Shown in pieces: positions 49,084-59,442 of a stretch of DNA of 64,000 bases; the first letter of the stretch is position 1; every line of letters starts with the position of its first letter. The notes under the pieces were generated by a model, which saw only the letters and a program-made list of their open reading frames with translations, was not told where the DNA came from and did no database searches. Both the position numbers and the translations under genes were made by a program. The DNA is taken from contig OY821641.1 in the NCBI GenBank assembly GCA_963555995.3, positions 896,001 through 960,000 of the forward strand. The letters run 5' to 3'. This DNA comes from Vicinamibacteria bacterium (GTDB lineage Bacteria; Acidobacteriota; Vicinamibacteria; Marinacidobacterales; Marinacidobacteraceae).

Positions 49084-49164
49084 GCGGGTCCCCGGCGAGA
49101 CGCGATCCGGCAAATCGGGCAGGATTCCCCGGGGGCTCCGCGCGCCCCCTCCACATTCGTTCCC

Positions 49165-49941
49165 ATGCCGCTCAAACAGTCCCGCGCGTTCGTCCTCCGC
49201 ACCTACGCGGTCGCCGAGGCGGACCGGGTCTGCGTGCTGTTCAGCGGGGACGAGGGGAAGGTCCGGGCGTGGGCGCGCGGGGCCCGGAAGCCCCGGTCGC
49301 GCTACGGCGGCGCCCTCGACATCGGGAACGAGGTGGAGGCGGGCTGGTACGAGCGGGAGGGCAGGGAACTCGTGCATCTCGACCGCTGCGAACTCGTCAC
49401 GTCGGCGCTGCCGCTCGCCCGGGACCCGGTCCGGGCCGCCGCACTGGGCTACCTTTCCCGGCTCGTGGACACCTTCGCCCCCGACCGGGAAGCCGACCCC
49501 AGGCTCTACCGGCTGATCGCCGCCTGCCGGGACGCGCTCCTCGACGAGCGGCCCGCGGAACTCGTGGTGGCCTATTTCGAGGCGTGGCTGCTTCGCTTGT
49601 CCGGGCTCTACCCGCGTCCCGGGCGCTGCGCCTGCGGCGCGGGCTTCGAGCGGGACGGGGCGGTGTTCTTCGCCGCCGGTCCGGTCTATGCCTGCAACCG
49701 CTGCGCTCCCGGGCACGGCGAACCGACCGACCGCCTCTCCGCCGGGGCGCTCGGCCTGCTGGAGACCTTCTGGGTCGCGCCGCCCTCGGCCTCGGTACCG
49801 GAAGCCTCAACCGCGCGGGAGCTCTTCCGGTTCCACGGCCGGCTCACTGCCGGTTTCGCGGAACGGGCGCTGCCGGCCCGCCACGCCCTGGAAGGGCTCC
49901 TCGAACCCCGCGTCGGCCCCGCCGGAGGTCCCGCGCGGTGA
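49165..49941 (+). CDS. recO: DNA repair protein RecO
   Basis: VLRT..VAEADR...LFS...GKV...ARGARKPRSR, zinc-finger remnant. Confidence 0.9.
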   Translation: MPLKQSRAFVLRTYAVAEADRVCVLFSGDEGKVRAWARGARKPRSRYGGALDIGNEVEAGWYEREGRELVHLDRCELVTSALPLARDPVRAAALGYLSRLVDTFAPDREADPRLYRLIAACRDALLDERPAELVVAYFEAWLLRLSGLYPRPGRCACGAGFERDGAVFFAAGPVYACNRCAPGHGEPTDRLSAGALGLLETFWVAPPSASVPEASTARELFRFHGRLTAGFAERALPARHALEGLLEPRVGPAGGPAR

Positions 49942-50783
49942 CCTTTCAGGAACTGATCGCGAAGCTGACCGGCTACTGGGCCGACCAGGGCGCCGTCGTG
50001 GTGCAGCCGTACGACATGGAGATGGGTGCCGGGACGATGCACCCGGAGACGTTCTTCCGGGTGCTGGGTCCGGCGCCGTGGAAGGTGGTGTATGTGCAGC
50101 CCTCGCGCCGGCCCGCCGACGGGCGCTACGGCGAGAACCCGAACCGGCTCTACAAGCACCACCAGCTCCAGCTCATCCTGAAGCCGTCCCCGCAGGACAT
50201 TCAGGATCGCTACCTCGAGAGCCTGGCGGCCTGCGGGGTGGACGCCTCCCGGCACGACCTCCGTTTCGAGGAGGACAACTGGGCCGCGCCCACCCTCGGC
50301 GCCTGGGGCGTCGGCTGGCAGGTCGTGCTCGACGGGCTGGAGATCAGCCAGTTCACCTACTTCCAGCAGGCGGGGGGTATCGAACTCGCTCCGATCTCGG
50401 TGGAGATCACCTACGGGCTGGAGCGGCTCGCGATGTACCTGCAGGACGTGGACGACGTGTACGACCTCGCGTGGACCGCCGGGGTGGACTACCGCACGGT
50501 GCGGCTCGCCGACGAGCGGCAGTCCTCGCGCTACGCGTTCGAGGAGGCGCCGATCGAGGAGTTGCGGAGCGGGTTCGAGGAGGCGGTCCGGGAGGGACGC
50601 CGGCTGATCGAGGCGGGACTCGTGATTCCCGGCTACGAGCAGTGCCTGCGTGCGTCCCATCTGTTCAACCTGCTGGACGCGCGGGGCGCGGTCTCGGTGA
50701 GCGACCGTCCGGGACGCATCCTGGCGGTGCGCGGGATCGCGATGGCGGCGGCGAAGCGGCTCCAGCAGGACGGCGACGCATGA
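49938..50783 (+). CDS. glyQ: Glycine--tRNA ligase alpha subunit
   Basis: TFQELI, GAGTMHP, QPSRRPADGRYGENPNRL, QFTYFQQ, EITYGLER. Confidence 0.97.
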   Translation: MTFQELIAKLTGYWADQGAVVVQPYDMEMGAGTMHPETFFRVLGPAPWKVVYVQPSRRPADGRYGENPNRLYKHHQLQLILKPSPQDIQDRYLESLAACGVDASRHDLRFEEDNWAAPTLGAWGVGWQVVLDGLEISQFTYFQQAGGIELAPISVEITYGLERLAMYLQDVDDVYDLAWTAGVDYRTVRLADERQSSRYAFEEAPIEELRSGFEEAVREGRRLIEAGLVIPGYEQCLRASHLFNLLDARGAVSVSDRPGRILAVRGIAMAAAKRLQQDGDA

Positions 50784-52924
50784 GTTCGGGGGAATTCCTG
50801 GTCGAGATCGGCTGCGAGGAACTGCCGGCCGCGTGGCTCGATCCCCTGATCGCCGAGTTCGGGACGCTGGTCGCCGGGGGGATCGAGACCGCCGGCCTCG
50901 GGAGCGCCGCGGTGCGCGCCTTCGGGACCCCGCGGCGGCTGGTGGCGGCGGCGGAAGGGGTGCGGGCGCGGCAGCCGGACCGGGTCGAGCGGAAGCTGGG
51001 GCCCCCGGCGCGGGTGGGACGCACCGAGCACGGCGAGTGGACCCGCGCCGCGCTCGGGTTCGCCCGCCGGCAGGGGCTGGAGGGTCCGGACGCGGAGGAC
51101 GCGCTCGCCGTCTTCGAGACGGACCGCGGTCCCTACGTCGGGGTCGAGACGGAGATTCCCGGTCGCGCGGCGGCGCAACTCCTCCCCGGCGTCATCGAGA
51201 GCGCGTTGCGGGGACTTGCGTTCCCGAAGGCGATGCACTGGGACGCGACCGTCAGCGGAGCCCCGTTCCCCTTCGGGCGGCCGATCCGCTGGATCGTGGC
51301 GCTGCTCGACGGCGCGGTGGTGCCGTTCCGGATCGAGGTGGTTGGCGGCGAGCCGGTGGTGGCGGGGAACGAGAGCCGGGGGCACCGGTTCCGGTCCTCG
51401 GCGGGGACACCGGGGAAGCCCTTCGCGGTGGACTCCTTCGCCGCGTTGCGCGACGGGCTGCGGGACCGGCACGTGGTGCTCGATCCGGAGGAGCGGAAGC
51501 GGCTGCTGCTGACGGCGCTCGGCAAAGCGGCGGAGGAACTGGGCGAGTCCTCGTTCGAGAAGCCCGGCCTCCACCACCATCTCGTCGAGTGGCCGGGGGC
51601 GGTCGCGGGCCGTTACGACGAAGGGTTCCGGGTACTGCCCGAGGAGGTCCGGCGCGCGGTTCTGGTGCACCACCAGAAATACCTGCCGGTAGCGGGTGTG
51701 AATGGCTTCCTGGCCGTGGTGAACGTGCCGGACGACCCGAAAGGGACGATCCGCAAGGGCGCCGAACGCGTCGTGCGGGCGCGGCTGCGGGACGCCCGGT
51801 TCTTCTGGGACGAGGCGCTGGCACGCCCCCTCGGCGACCGGCAGGCGAACCTGGAGCGCGTCGCGTTCCACCGGCGGCTCGGGAGTCTCCGTGAGCACAG
51901 CGCCCGGGTGGCGCGGCTCGCACGGTGGGTGGCCGAGCGGGTGGGGGCCGATGCGGACGTCGCCGGGGAGGCGGCTGCGCTCGCGAAGTGCGACCTGACC
52001 ACCACCCTCGTCGGCGAGTTCCCGTCACTCCAGGGCGAGGCGGGGGGACGGATCCTGGAGGCGCAGGGGGTGCACGCCGAGGTGTGGATGGCGGTGTACG
52101 ACCAGTACCGCCCGCTCGGCCTCTTCAGCGGCCTGCCCGAGACGGTGGAAGGTGCGGCGGTGGCGCTCGCGGACCGCGCCGCGACCCTCGCCGGGCTCTT
52201 CGCGGCCGGGGAAGCGTCCTCCGGGTCCGGCGACCCCTTCGGACTGCGGCGGGCGGCGCTCGCCACGCTCTCGATCCTCCGGGAGGCGCCGGGCGCGTAC
52301 CCGGACCACGCGGGCGGCTGGCCCACCCCGGCGGAACTGCTGCAGGAGGCGCTCGCCGACCCGGCGTACCGGGAGGGCGCGCAGGTCGTTGAGACCGACC
52401 TTGCGGAACGGCTGCGGGCGTTCGTGGCCGACCGGCTCCCCCACGCGTTGACCTTGCCGCGCTTCCGGCCGGGTGTGGTGCGCGCCGTTCTGGCCGGGCG
52501 CGGAGTCGAGCACCCGGTCGCCGACTCGTGGCGGCGGATCAACGCGCTCAACGAGGCGGCGGCAGGCGGCGAGTACGTCACGCTCGCGACCGCCCACAAG
52601 CGGGCGCGGCGCATCCTGACCCCGGAAGCGCGCGATGTGGAGCTGAGGCCGGACCTGTTGACGGAGGATGCGGAGCGGGACCTCTTCGGAGCGCTCGTGG
52701 AGGTGGAGGACGAGGTTGCGCGACTCGCGGGTCGGGGCCGCTACTCCGAGGCGTTCTCAGCCATCGCCGGTCTGGCTCCCAAGGTGGACGCCTTCTTCGA
52801 CGACGTGCTGGTGATGGCGGAGGACCCCGCGGTCCGCGCCAACCGGCTGGCGCTGCTGGCCCGGCTGGATGCGCTGTTCGGCGAGGTTGGCGATCTGAGT
52901 CAGATAGAAGCCTCGGCGTCGTGA
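50780..52924 (+). CDS. glyS: Glycine--tRNA ligase beta subunit
   Basis: FLVEIGCEELP, TPRRL, RPIRWIV, ARLRDARFFW, GSGDPFGLRR, FFDDVLVM..D..VRANRL. Confidence 0.96.
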   Translation: MSSGEFLVEIGCEELPAAWLDPLIAEFGTLVAGGIETAGLGSAAVRAFGTPRRLVAAAEGVRARQPDRVERKLGPPARVGRTEHGEWTRAALGFARRQGLEGPDAEDALAVFETDRGPYVGVETEIPGRAAAQLLPGVIESALRGLAFPKAMHWDATVSGAPFPFGRPIRWIVALLDGAVVPFRIEVVGGEPVVAGNESRGHRFRSSAGTPGKPFAVDSFAALRDGLRDRHVVLDPEERKRLLLTALGKAAEELGESSFEKPGLHHHLVEWPGAVAGRYDEGFRVLPEEVRRAVLVHHQKYLPVAGVNGFLAVVNVPDDPKGTIRKGAERVVRARLRDARFFWDEALARPLGDRQANLERVAFHRRLGSLREHSARVARLARWVAERVGADADVAGEAAALAKCDLTTTLVGEFPSLQGEAGGRILEAQGVHAEVWMAVYDQYRPLGLFSGLPETVEGAAVALADRAATLAGLFAAGEASSGSGDPFGLRRAALATLSILREAPGAYPDHAGGWPTPAELLQEALADPAYREGAQVVETDLAERLRAFVADRLPHALTLPRFRPGVVRAVLAGRGVEHPVADSWRRINALNEAAAGGEYVTLATAHKRARRILTPEARDVELRPDLLTEDAERDLFGALVEVEDEVARLAGRGRYSEAFSAIAGLAPKVDAFFDDVLVMAEDPAVRANRLALLARLDALFGEVGDLSQIEASAS

Positions 52925-53211
52925 GGAGTGATGTCGCGCGCATTTGGTCTGTGCGGGCCTCCCGTGCCGGGCGCTGATGCGAATCGGTGGGAGGTGGTGA
53001 AGATCCAGTTGTGCCCGGACGCGGCGCAAAGCGCCGCGGGGGTGGGGTGCGGGGAGGGGTTTCCCCTCCCTGCGAAAAACGATGGCGCGGATCGCGCAGC
53101 GATGCGCGCCATCATCTCGTGGAGAGAGCGTCCTGCGTTCTGGACTAGCCCCCGATTTGCCGCCCATGCCGTCCCCGACGCCGTGCAGGACGCTTTCTCC
53201 ACGAGTTAGCG

Positions 53212-54981
53212 ATGGGGCGGATCCACCGGCTGCCGGCGGCGGTGGCCAACCAGATCGCGGCGGGGGAGGTGGTCGAACGGCCGGCCGCGGTGGTTCGTGA
53301 ACTCGTGGAGAACTCGATTGACGCCGGGGCGTCCGCCGTCTCGGTGCGGGTCCGGGGCGCGGGGAAGACCGAGATCCGGGTGAGCGACGACGGGGTCGGG
53401 ATGAGCACGGAGGACGCCCGCCTGGCGCTGGAGCGCCATGCGACCAGCAAGATCGAGTCGGTGGACGACCTCACCGGCATCGGCTCGCTCGGGTTCCGGG
53501 GCGAAGCGCTGCCCTCGATTGCCTCGGTGTCCCGCTTCCGCCTCCGCACCCGGGAGAAGGACGCCGACGCCGGCTGGGAGATCGCCGTGGAGGGCGGCGC
53601 GACGGTGGCCGACCGGCCCGCCGGGATGCCGCCCGGGACGGTGGTGGAGGTGCGCGACCTCTTCTTCAACACCCCCGCGCGGCGGAAGTTCCTGCGCGGG
53701 GAGAAGACGGAGGCGGCCCACATCGTCCAGGCGGTCTCGAACCTCGCGTTCTGCTGGCCGCAGGTCCGCTTCGACCTGGAGAGCGGCGACCGGCAGGTTC
53801 TGGCGCTGGAGCCGGGTGACGCCGCCGCCGGACGCCTGGAGCAGCTCGAGCCCCGCTGGGGCCGCGACGCCATCCCCGTCGAGGCGCGCGCGGGCGACCT
53901 CGCGGTGCGCGCCTTTCTGTCGCCGCCGATGGCGTCGCGCGGCGCTTCCTCGAGACTCCTGCTCTTCGTGAACGGCCGGCCGGTCAGGGACCGGCGCCTG
54001 TTCCACGCGGTCACCGAGGCGTACCGGCGGCTCTCGAGCCTCAGCGGCACGCCGAAGGCGTACGTGTTCCTCGAAGCGCCGCCGGACGCGGTGGACGTGA
54101 ACGTGCATCCGGCGAAGGCCGAGGTCCGGTTCAGCGATCCCGACGAGGCCTGGCGCGCCGTCTTCCGCAGCGTGCGCGCCGCGCTGGAGGGCGGGCCGAA
54201 GCGGGTGGACCTCGGGCCGGCGGCGCCCGGCCGCCGGGTGATTCCCTCCCCGGGGCGCGCCCTGGCCGGCCCTTCGGGGGGCCGAGCCGCCGAACCCGCC
54301 ACCTCCGTCCCGCCGCACCCCGGCTGGGACGGGAAGGCGGCCGCCGACCTGCTCTACGGCGCGGACCGGGTCGAGGACGCGCCGCGGGCCGGGTACCTGG
54401 ACTTCGGCGATGTCCCGCCGGTGGTCCTCGGCCAGTTCCGGCGCACCTACATCCTCGCGGAGCAACGCAACGAACTCGTCATCGTGGACCAGCACGCCGC
54501 CGACGAGCGGGTGATCTACAACCGCCTCATGGAACGGTCCGGCGACCCGCGGACGCATCCGCTGCTGCAGCCGGTCCCGCTCGAACTCTCGCCGGTCGAG
54601 CGCACGGCGCTCGTCGCCGAGCGGGAACGGCTGGCCGCCGCCGGTTTCGACCTGGAGCCGTTCGGGGGCGATTCCTGGATCCTGCGCGGAGTACCCGAAG
54701 TGCTCGGGGTAGGCCGCGGGCTGGACGTCCTCATGCGCTCGCTGGCTTCCGAGGAGAGCGAGTGCGCGGCCAGCGCCGCCCACGACGCCCGCGCCCGGAT
54801 CATGGCGCGGGTGGCGTGTCACGCCGCGGTCACCGCCGGGGTGACGCTCACTGGCGAGAGGATGGAAGAGGTGCTGCGTTCGCTCTGGGCGACGGCGAAC
54901 CCCTCCACCTGTCCGCACGGGCGTCCCACCGTCCTCCGCCTCGACCTGCCCTTCATCGAGCGGCGTTTCGGCCGGAGTTGA
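53212..54981 (+). CDS. mutL: DNA mismatch repair endonuclease MutL
   Basis: IAAGEVVERP, GFRGEAL, VDVNVHPAK.EVRF, DQHAADER, ACH, CPHGRP. Confidence 0.97.
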   Translation: MGRIHRLPAAVANQIAAGEVVERPAAVVRELVENSIDAGASAVSVRVRGAGKTEIRVSDDGVGMSTEDARLALERHATSKIESVDDLTGIGSLGFRGEALPSIASVSRFRLRTREKDADAGWEIAVEGGATVADRPAGMPPGTVVEVRDLFFNTPARRKFLRGEKTEAAHIVQAVSNLAFCWPQVRFDLESGDRQVLALEPGDAAAGRLEQLEPRWGRDAIPVEARAGDLAVRAFLSPPMASRGASSRLLLFVNGRPVRDRRLFHAVTEAYRRLSSLSGTPKAYVFLEAPPDAVDVNVHPAKAEVRFSDPDEAWRAVFRSVRAALEGGPKRVDLGPAAPGRRVIPSPGRALAGPSGGRAAEPATSVPPHPGWDGKAAADLLYGADRVEDAPRAGYLDFGDVPPVVLGQFRRTYILAEQRNELVIVDQHAADERVIYNRLMERSGDPRTHPLLQPVPLELSPVERTALVAERERLAAAGFDLEPFGGDSWILRGVPEVLGVGRGLDVLMRSLASEESECAASAAHDARARIMARVACHAAVTAGVTLTGERMEEVLRSLWATANPSTCPHGRPTVLRLDLPFIERRFGRS

Positions 54982-55047
54982 GATGGCGAAGCGGAAACCA
55001 CGCAAGGAGCCGCCGCCCGCGGCAGCTTCCTTCTCCGCACCAAGTCG

Positions 55048-55076
55048 TTGACAATCGGCACATAATGGGCGACAAT
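55048..55076 (+). promoter_or_regulatory. Probable promoter/operator of the TA operon
   Basis: TTGACA, 17 bp, GACAAT. Direct repeats GACAATCG at 55050 and 55071. Confidence 0.55.
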
Positions 55077-55090
55077 CGTCGCTTAGTGGC

Positions 55091-55375
55091 ATGGCCCGTT
55101 GTCTCTGGGATCCTGCGAAGAACAGACGCCTCATCGCCGAGCGCGGAGTCAGCTTCGAGGAGGTTGCAACCTTGATCGAATCGGGTTTGCTGACGGATGT
55201 CTTCGACCACCCGGACCCGGAACGGTCGCATCAACGGATTGCGGTTCTCGAAATCGGTGAGTACGCCTACTTGGTGCCCTACGTCGAGACGGAAGCGGGC
55301 GACTTCTTCCTCAAGACGATCATCCCGAGTCGGAAGGCGACCAGGAAATATCTGAGAGAGGGTGGCGCACGATGA
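55091..55375 (+). CDS. BrnT/DUF4258-like toxin
   Basis: WDPAKNRRLIAERGVSFEEV, HP, YAYLVPYVE, FLKTIIPSRKATRKY. Confidence 0.85.
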   Translation: MARCLWDPAKNRRLIAERGVSFEEVATLIESGLLTDVFDHPDPERSHQRIAVLEIGEYAYLVPYVETEAGDFFLKTIIPSRKATRKYLREGGAR

Positions 55376-55662
55376 CCCAACGCACGCCGAATCTCGATTC
55401 GGGAGCACTCGATCCCGAGGAGCGGGAGATCCTGCGAGCCTACGAGGAAGGACGTCTTCGAAGAGCCTCGAGCCCGTCCGGGGAAGCCGGCCGGCTGGAG
55501 TCCGCAGCCCGTGAGACGCTTCGCAAGGACAGGCGAATCAACATTCGCCTGCCGAACCACGACCTGGCCGAGATCAAACGGTTAGCGGCCCGGGAAGGAA
55601 TTCCGTACCAGACGCTCATCTCCAGCATCCTTCACAAATACGCCACCGGCGTACTTCGCTGA
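55372..55662 (+). CDS. Antitoxin with CopG-like RHH domain
   Basis: KDRRINIRL...DL..IK..A..EGIPYQTLISSILHKY. ATGA overlap with the toxin. Confidence 0.85.
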   Translation: MTQRTPNLDSGALDPEEREILRAYEEGRLRRASSPSGEAGRLESAARETLRKDRRINIRLPNHDLAEIKRLAAREGIPYQTLISSILHKYATGVLR

Positions 55663-55700
55663 ACCAGGCCGGCTCCCTCGCGCCGGTTCCACCACGGACC

Positions 55701-55943
55701 GTGACCACGATGACGAAGAAACGCCCCCGGGAGCCGCTGCCCACCGCGGTGACGCTTGCGTGGTTGCGCTACTTCGCGGGCCGGACGCTGATGATGGTGG
55801 GGATGCTGGTGGTGACCGCCGCCGCCGCGCTCTTCTTCGGCGCGGACGCCGAGCGCCGGATGCTCGTCTTCACCGGGACGGGGGCGCTCCTGTTCGTCGC
55901 CGGCTGGCTGCTGTCCAAAAAACGCCCGCCGGAAGCGCGGTGA
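55701..55943 (+). CDS. Small two-TM membrane protein
   Basis: Two hydrophobic segments flanked by basic residues. Confidence 0.6.
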   Translation: MTTMTKKRPREPLPTAVTLAWLRYFAGRTLMMVGMLVVTAAAALFFGADAERRMLVFTGTGALLFVAGWLLSKKRPPEAR

Positions 55944-55963
55944 GCTGACCGGCGTCCGCGCTC

Positions 55964-56401
55964 CTATCCCCCGATGCCGTCGGCGGTGAAGAAGCTGACC
56001 ACCGACTCGAGCTCTTCCTTGCCCTCGTCGAGCTTGTGCTTGAGGACGTTCCGCACGCTGGCCATGGCGAGCACCTTGTCGCCGTCCATGATGGGCAGGT
56101 GCCGGAAGTGGTTCGTCACCATGATCTCGAGCGCCTTCTCGAGCGGCGTCTCCTGGGTCACCGTCACCGGATTGCGCGTCATCGCCTCGCCCACGGTGGT
56201 GGTCTCGGGATCGCGGTGCAGCGCCACCACCCGGGTCATCAGGTCGCGTTCGGAGAACATGCCGAGGAGCGTCCCGTCGGGATTCACGACGGCGGCGGCG
56301 CCGACCCGGTCGCGGACCATCAACTTGACGGCGTCGCAGATGGTCTCCTCGGGGGGGACGCAGGTGGCGGGCCGGTCACTGATCTTGAGCAGCGGGTCCA
56401 T
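55964..56401 (-). CDS. CBS-domain protein
   Basis: DAVKLM...VGAAAVV, GMFSERD, MTRNPVTV, HFRHLPI. Confidence 0.9.
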   Translation of the reverse strand: MDPLLKISDRPATCVPPEETICDAVKLMVRDRVGAAAVVNPDGTLLGMFSERDLMTRVVALHRDPETTTVGEAMTRNPVTVTQETPLEKALEIMVTNHFRHLPIMDGDKVLAMASVRNVLKHKLDEGKEELESVVSFFTADGIGG

Positions 56402-56536
56402 GGCATCTTCCTTCGTTGATCGCGGTGTCGGGGTCGGAAGTTTCGCAAAAGGCGGGCGCGATGGCAATTTCGGCGCCCGGATCGCCCCCGGGGGAACAGA
56501 ATTCCGGTCTCCGACGTCCCAACGTTCCCAGGACCC

Positions 56537-57670
56537 ATGAAGCTCGCCATCGTCTGCTACCCCACCCACGGCGGGAGCGGCGCGGTCGCTTCCGAACTGG
56601 CGATCGGGATGGCGGACGGCGGCCACGACGTCCACGTGGTGAGCTACGCGGTGCCCTTCCGGCTGCGGCGTTTCCATCCGGGAGTCCGGCTTCACGAGGT
56701 GGAGATCGCGTCGTATCCGCTGTTCCGCTACCCGCCGTACACCCTGGGACTCGCGACGAAGCTCGCCGAGGTGGCGAGCGACGAGGGCGCTTTCGACGTC
56801 ATCCACGCCCACTACGCGGTCCCGAACGCGGTCAGCGCCTTCCTCGCCCGCGAGATCATCGGGAACGGCCGCACCCGCGTGGTGACCACCCTCCACGGCA
56901 CCGACATCACCCTGGTCGGCGCGGACAAGTCCTTCCACCGGGTGATCCGGTTCGCGCTGGAGCGGTCGGACGCGGTGACGGCGGTCTCGGCGTACCTCGC
57001 CGACCGCACCCAGCGCGACTTCGCCCCGCACGTCCCGGTGGAGGTGATCCCGAACTTCGTGGACACCGCGCTGCCGCCCCCCGGACCGGAGCGGGGCGCC
57101 CGTGACGCCTGGGCCCCGAACGGCGAGCGGATCCTCATGCATATCTCGAACTTCCGGCCGGTGAAGCGCATCAGCGACGTGGTGCGGATCTTCGCCGAGG
57201 TCCGCCGGGAGCTCCCGGCGAAACTGGTGCTGGTCGGGGAGGGGCCGGAGCGGCTCTTCGCCCAGCAGCTCGTGCGCGAGCTCGAACTCACCGGCGACGT
57301 GATCTTCCTGGGGCAGCAGGACGACATCCAGGGACCGCTCGCCGGCGCCGACCTCCTGCTGCTGCCGAGCGAGCAGGAGAGCTTCGGCCTGACGGCGCTC
57401 GAGGCGATGGTGAGCCGCGTCCCGGTGATCGCGACGACCATCGGCGGGCTTCCGGAGGTCGTCGCCGACGGCGAGACCGGGCGGCTGTTCCCGGTCGGCG
57501 AGGTACGCGGGATGGCGGCGGAGGCGGTGCGGCTGCTGCGCGACGAGCCGGCGCGCCGGGCGATGGGCGACGCGGGCCGGGCGCGGGCCATCGAACACTT
57601 CGCCCGCGAGATCGTGATGCCCCGCTACGAGGACCTCTACCGGCGGGTGACGGTTGGCGTTCCGGGTTGA
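56537..57670 (+). CDS. bshA: N-acetyl-alpha-D-glucosaminyl L-malate synthase
   Basis: CYPTHGGSG.VASEL, YPLFRYPPY, HAHYAVP, TTLHGTDITLVG, HISNFRPVKR, ESFGL. Confidence 0.93.
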   Translation: MKLAIVCYPTHGGSGAVASELAIGMADGGHDVHVVSYAVPFRLRRFHPGVRLHEVEIASYPLFRYPPYTLGLATKLAEVASDEGAFDVIHAHYAVPNAVSAFLAREIIGNGRTRVVTTLHGTDITLVGADKSFHRVIRFALERSDAVTAVSAYLADRTQRDFAPHVPVEVIPNFVDTALPPPGPERGARDAWAPNGERILMHISNFRPVKRISDVVRIFAEVRRELPAKLVLVGEGPERLFAQQLVRELELTGDVIFLGQQDDIQGPLAGADLLLLPSEQESFGLTALEAMVSRVPVIATTIGGLPEVVADGETGRLFPVGEVRGMAAEAVRLLRDEPARRAMGDAGRARAIEHFAREIVMPRYEDLYRRVTVGVPG

Positions 57671-57721
57671 GGTCGTCGGGGAAGGGGAGAGGGTCTGGAG
57701 TTTCGCCCGCTGCGCGGGCGA

Positions 57722-57744
57722 TGCCGGCCGGAGGCCGGCGCTCC
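57722..57744. repeat. Single REP between convergent genes
   Basis: TGCCGGCCGGAGGCCGGCGCTCC. Confidence 0.7.
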
Positions 57745-57773
57745 GGTGCGGCGCTCCGGGCGGAGCGCCGGGG

Positions 57774-58736
57774 TTATTCGGGGTAGATCGCTTCGCGGTA
57801 GGCGAGGGGTTGCGGGCGCTCGGCGAGGTAGGCCTGACCGACAAGGCTCTGAACCCCCCGTCGGGCCGCCCAGGTTGCGAGGGAACGGACCGGCGCCGCC
57901 AGGGGGGCCTCCCGCGCCCGGAAGGCGGCGATCTCGCCGCCGAGGCGCGCCCGCGCCGCCGGATCGAGCCGTTTCCTGAGGTGTCCGGCGAGGTGGAGGA
58001 GGACGTTGTGGTGCGTCCCCACGGAGGCCGGTTCGGCGAGCCCGGCGAGGAACCCGTCCCGGTAGCGCGGCAGCGCGCCCCGGGCGTCCCGGGTGGCGGC
58101 GAGCGAGCGGCCGAGCCGGCGGGCGGTCGTTTCCGAGTGCGCCATCAGGACCATTTTCCAGCGGGCGTGGAAGTCGTAGAGCCGTCGGGCGTCCGGCGGG
58201 CGCGAAGCGAGTTCCCGGATCTCGGCGAGCGCGAAGACCCGGGTCAGCCAGTGGTCGCGGCGCGCGGGGTGCTCGAGGTCCGTTTCGGAGATCCGCGGCG
58301 CCTCGGGAAGCGCCGCCGCGAGGCGGCTCGCGAAGATTCCGGTCCCGTCCTCCGAGATCACGGCACCGCCCTCGTGGAGCTTCACGTCCCCCATGCCGCA
58401 GCTCGGTGAACGCGACTTGAGCACGATCCCGGCGACGCGGGCCTCGTCGAACGCGGCGGCGGCCCGCCGCGCGTAGTCGTCCATGAGCCGGGTCAGGTCT
58501 TCGTCCCGCGCGCCGAGGAGGCTGGTGGCGGTTCCCCTGCGTTCAAGCCGGATCTTCGGCCGCGGTACACCGAGCCCGATGCCGACTTCGGGGCACTCGG
58601 AGACCAGTTCGAACGCGCCGCCGAGCGCGCCGGTCACGGTGCGGCTCCGGCGGTGCCCGCCGTCGTAGCGCACTTCCTCGCCGAGGAGGCAGCCCGAAAC
58701 CGCGATCCGTATGGGAGGCTGACGCTCCATGGTCAC
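57774..58736 (-). CDS. DUF523 (2-thiouracil desulfurase-like) plus DUF1722 protein
   Basis: SGCLLGEEVRYDGGH, CPEVGIGLGVPR, KSRSPSCG, FHARWK..LMAHS, H.NVL.H..G. Confidence 0.88.
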   Translation of the reverse strand: MTMERQPPIRIAVSGCLLGEEVRYDGGHRRSRTVTGALGGAFELVSECPEVGIGLGVPRPKIRLERRGTATSLLGARDEDLTRLMDDYARRAAAAFDEARVAGIVLKSRSPSCGMGDVKLHEGGAVISEDGTGIFASRLAAALPEAPRISETDLEHPARRDHWLTRVFALAEIRELASRPPDARRLYDFHARWKMVLMAHSETTARRLGRSLAATRDARGALPRYRDGFLAGLAEPASVGTHHNVLLHLAGHLRKRLDPAARARLGGEIAAFRAREAPLAAPVRSLATWAARRGVQSLVGQAYLAERPQPLAYREAIYPE

Positions 58737-59416
58737 TCCCCGCAGAGTTCGCGCGCCGTCGCGAAGACCTCGTGGAACATGGGCCGGGTGAGCCGGCCGG
58801 TGAACGTGTTCTGCTGGCTCGGGTGGTAGCTCGCCAGCAACTCGACGGTCGGCGCGATGGAGAACCGGGCGCCGTGCCCGAACGCGGGGGCCGGCGCCGG
58901 GACCTCACGGCCGAGCTCCTTCCAGACCCGGAGGAAGGTGCGGAAGGCGATGCCCCCCAGCGCCAGTACGACGCGGAGCCGGGTCGCCCCGAGGATCTCC
59001 TCCTCGAGGAAGGGCTGGCAGGCGGCGAGTTCCTCGGTGGTCGGGCGATTCGCCGGGGGGGCGCAGTGGACCGCCGCGGTGATCCGGGCGCCCAGCAGCC
59101 GCAACCCGTCGTCCGGATCGGGCGAGTGGGGCGCCGACGAGAACCCGAACCGGTGGAGCGCCTCGTAGAGCCACTCGCCCGAGCGGTCCCCGGTGAACAT
59201 CCGTCCGGTGCGGTTCGCGCCGTGAGCGGCGGGGGCGAGGCCCACGATCAATAACCGGAAACCCTCGTCGCCGAACGAGGGCACCGGACGCGCCCAGTAG
59301 TCGTGTCCGCGGTAGCGGCGCGGGGGCTCGGCGGCGACCGCCTCGCGGTGCTCCACGAGGCGCGGACAGGCCCGGCACGCGGCAACGCGCGCGTGGAAGT
59401 CGTCGGAGAGCGGCAC
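58733..59416 (-). CDS. udgB: Family 5 uracil-DNA glycosylase
   Basis: CRACPRL, GLAPAAHGANRTGRMFTGD.SG, HCAPPANRP, SYHPSQQN. Confidence 0.92.
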   Translation of the reverse strand: MPLSDDFHARVAACRACPRLVEHREAVAAEPPRRYRGHDYWARPVPSFGDEGFRLLIVGLAPAAHGANRTGRMFTGDRSGEWLYEALHRFGFSSAPHSPDPDDGLRLLGARITAAVHCAPPANRPTTEELAACQPFLEEEILGATRLRVVLALGGIAFRTFLRVWKELGREVPAPAPAFGHGARFSIAPTVELLASYHPSQQNTFTGRLTRPMFHEVFATARELCGE

Positions 59417-59442
59417 GGGCGCCCCAATTGTCGCAGCCCGCC

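Noticed and set aside
52925-53211. ORFs or ncRNA between glyS and mutL (hairpin ATGGCGCG...CGCGCCAT at about 53082-53111)
   Set aside because: No recognisable motif, RBS or RNA family. A single hairpin is not enough evidence.
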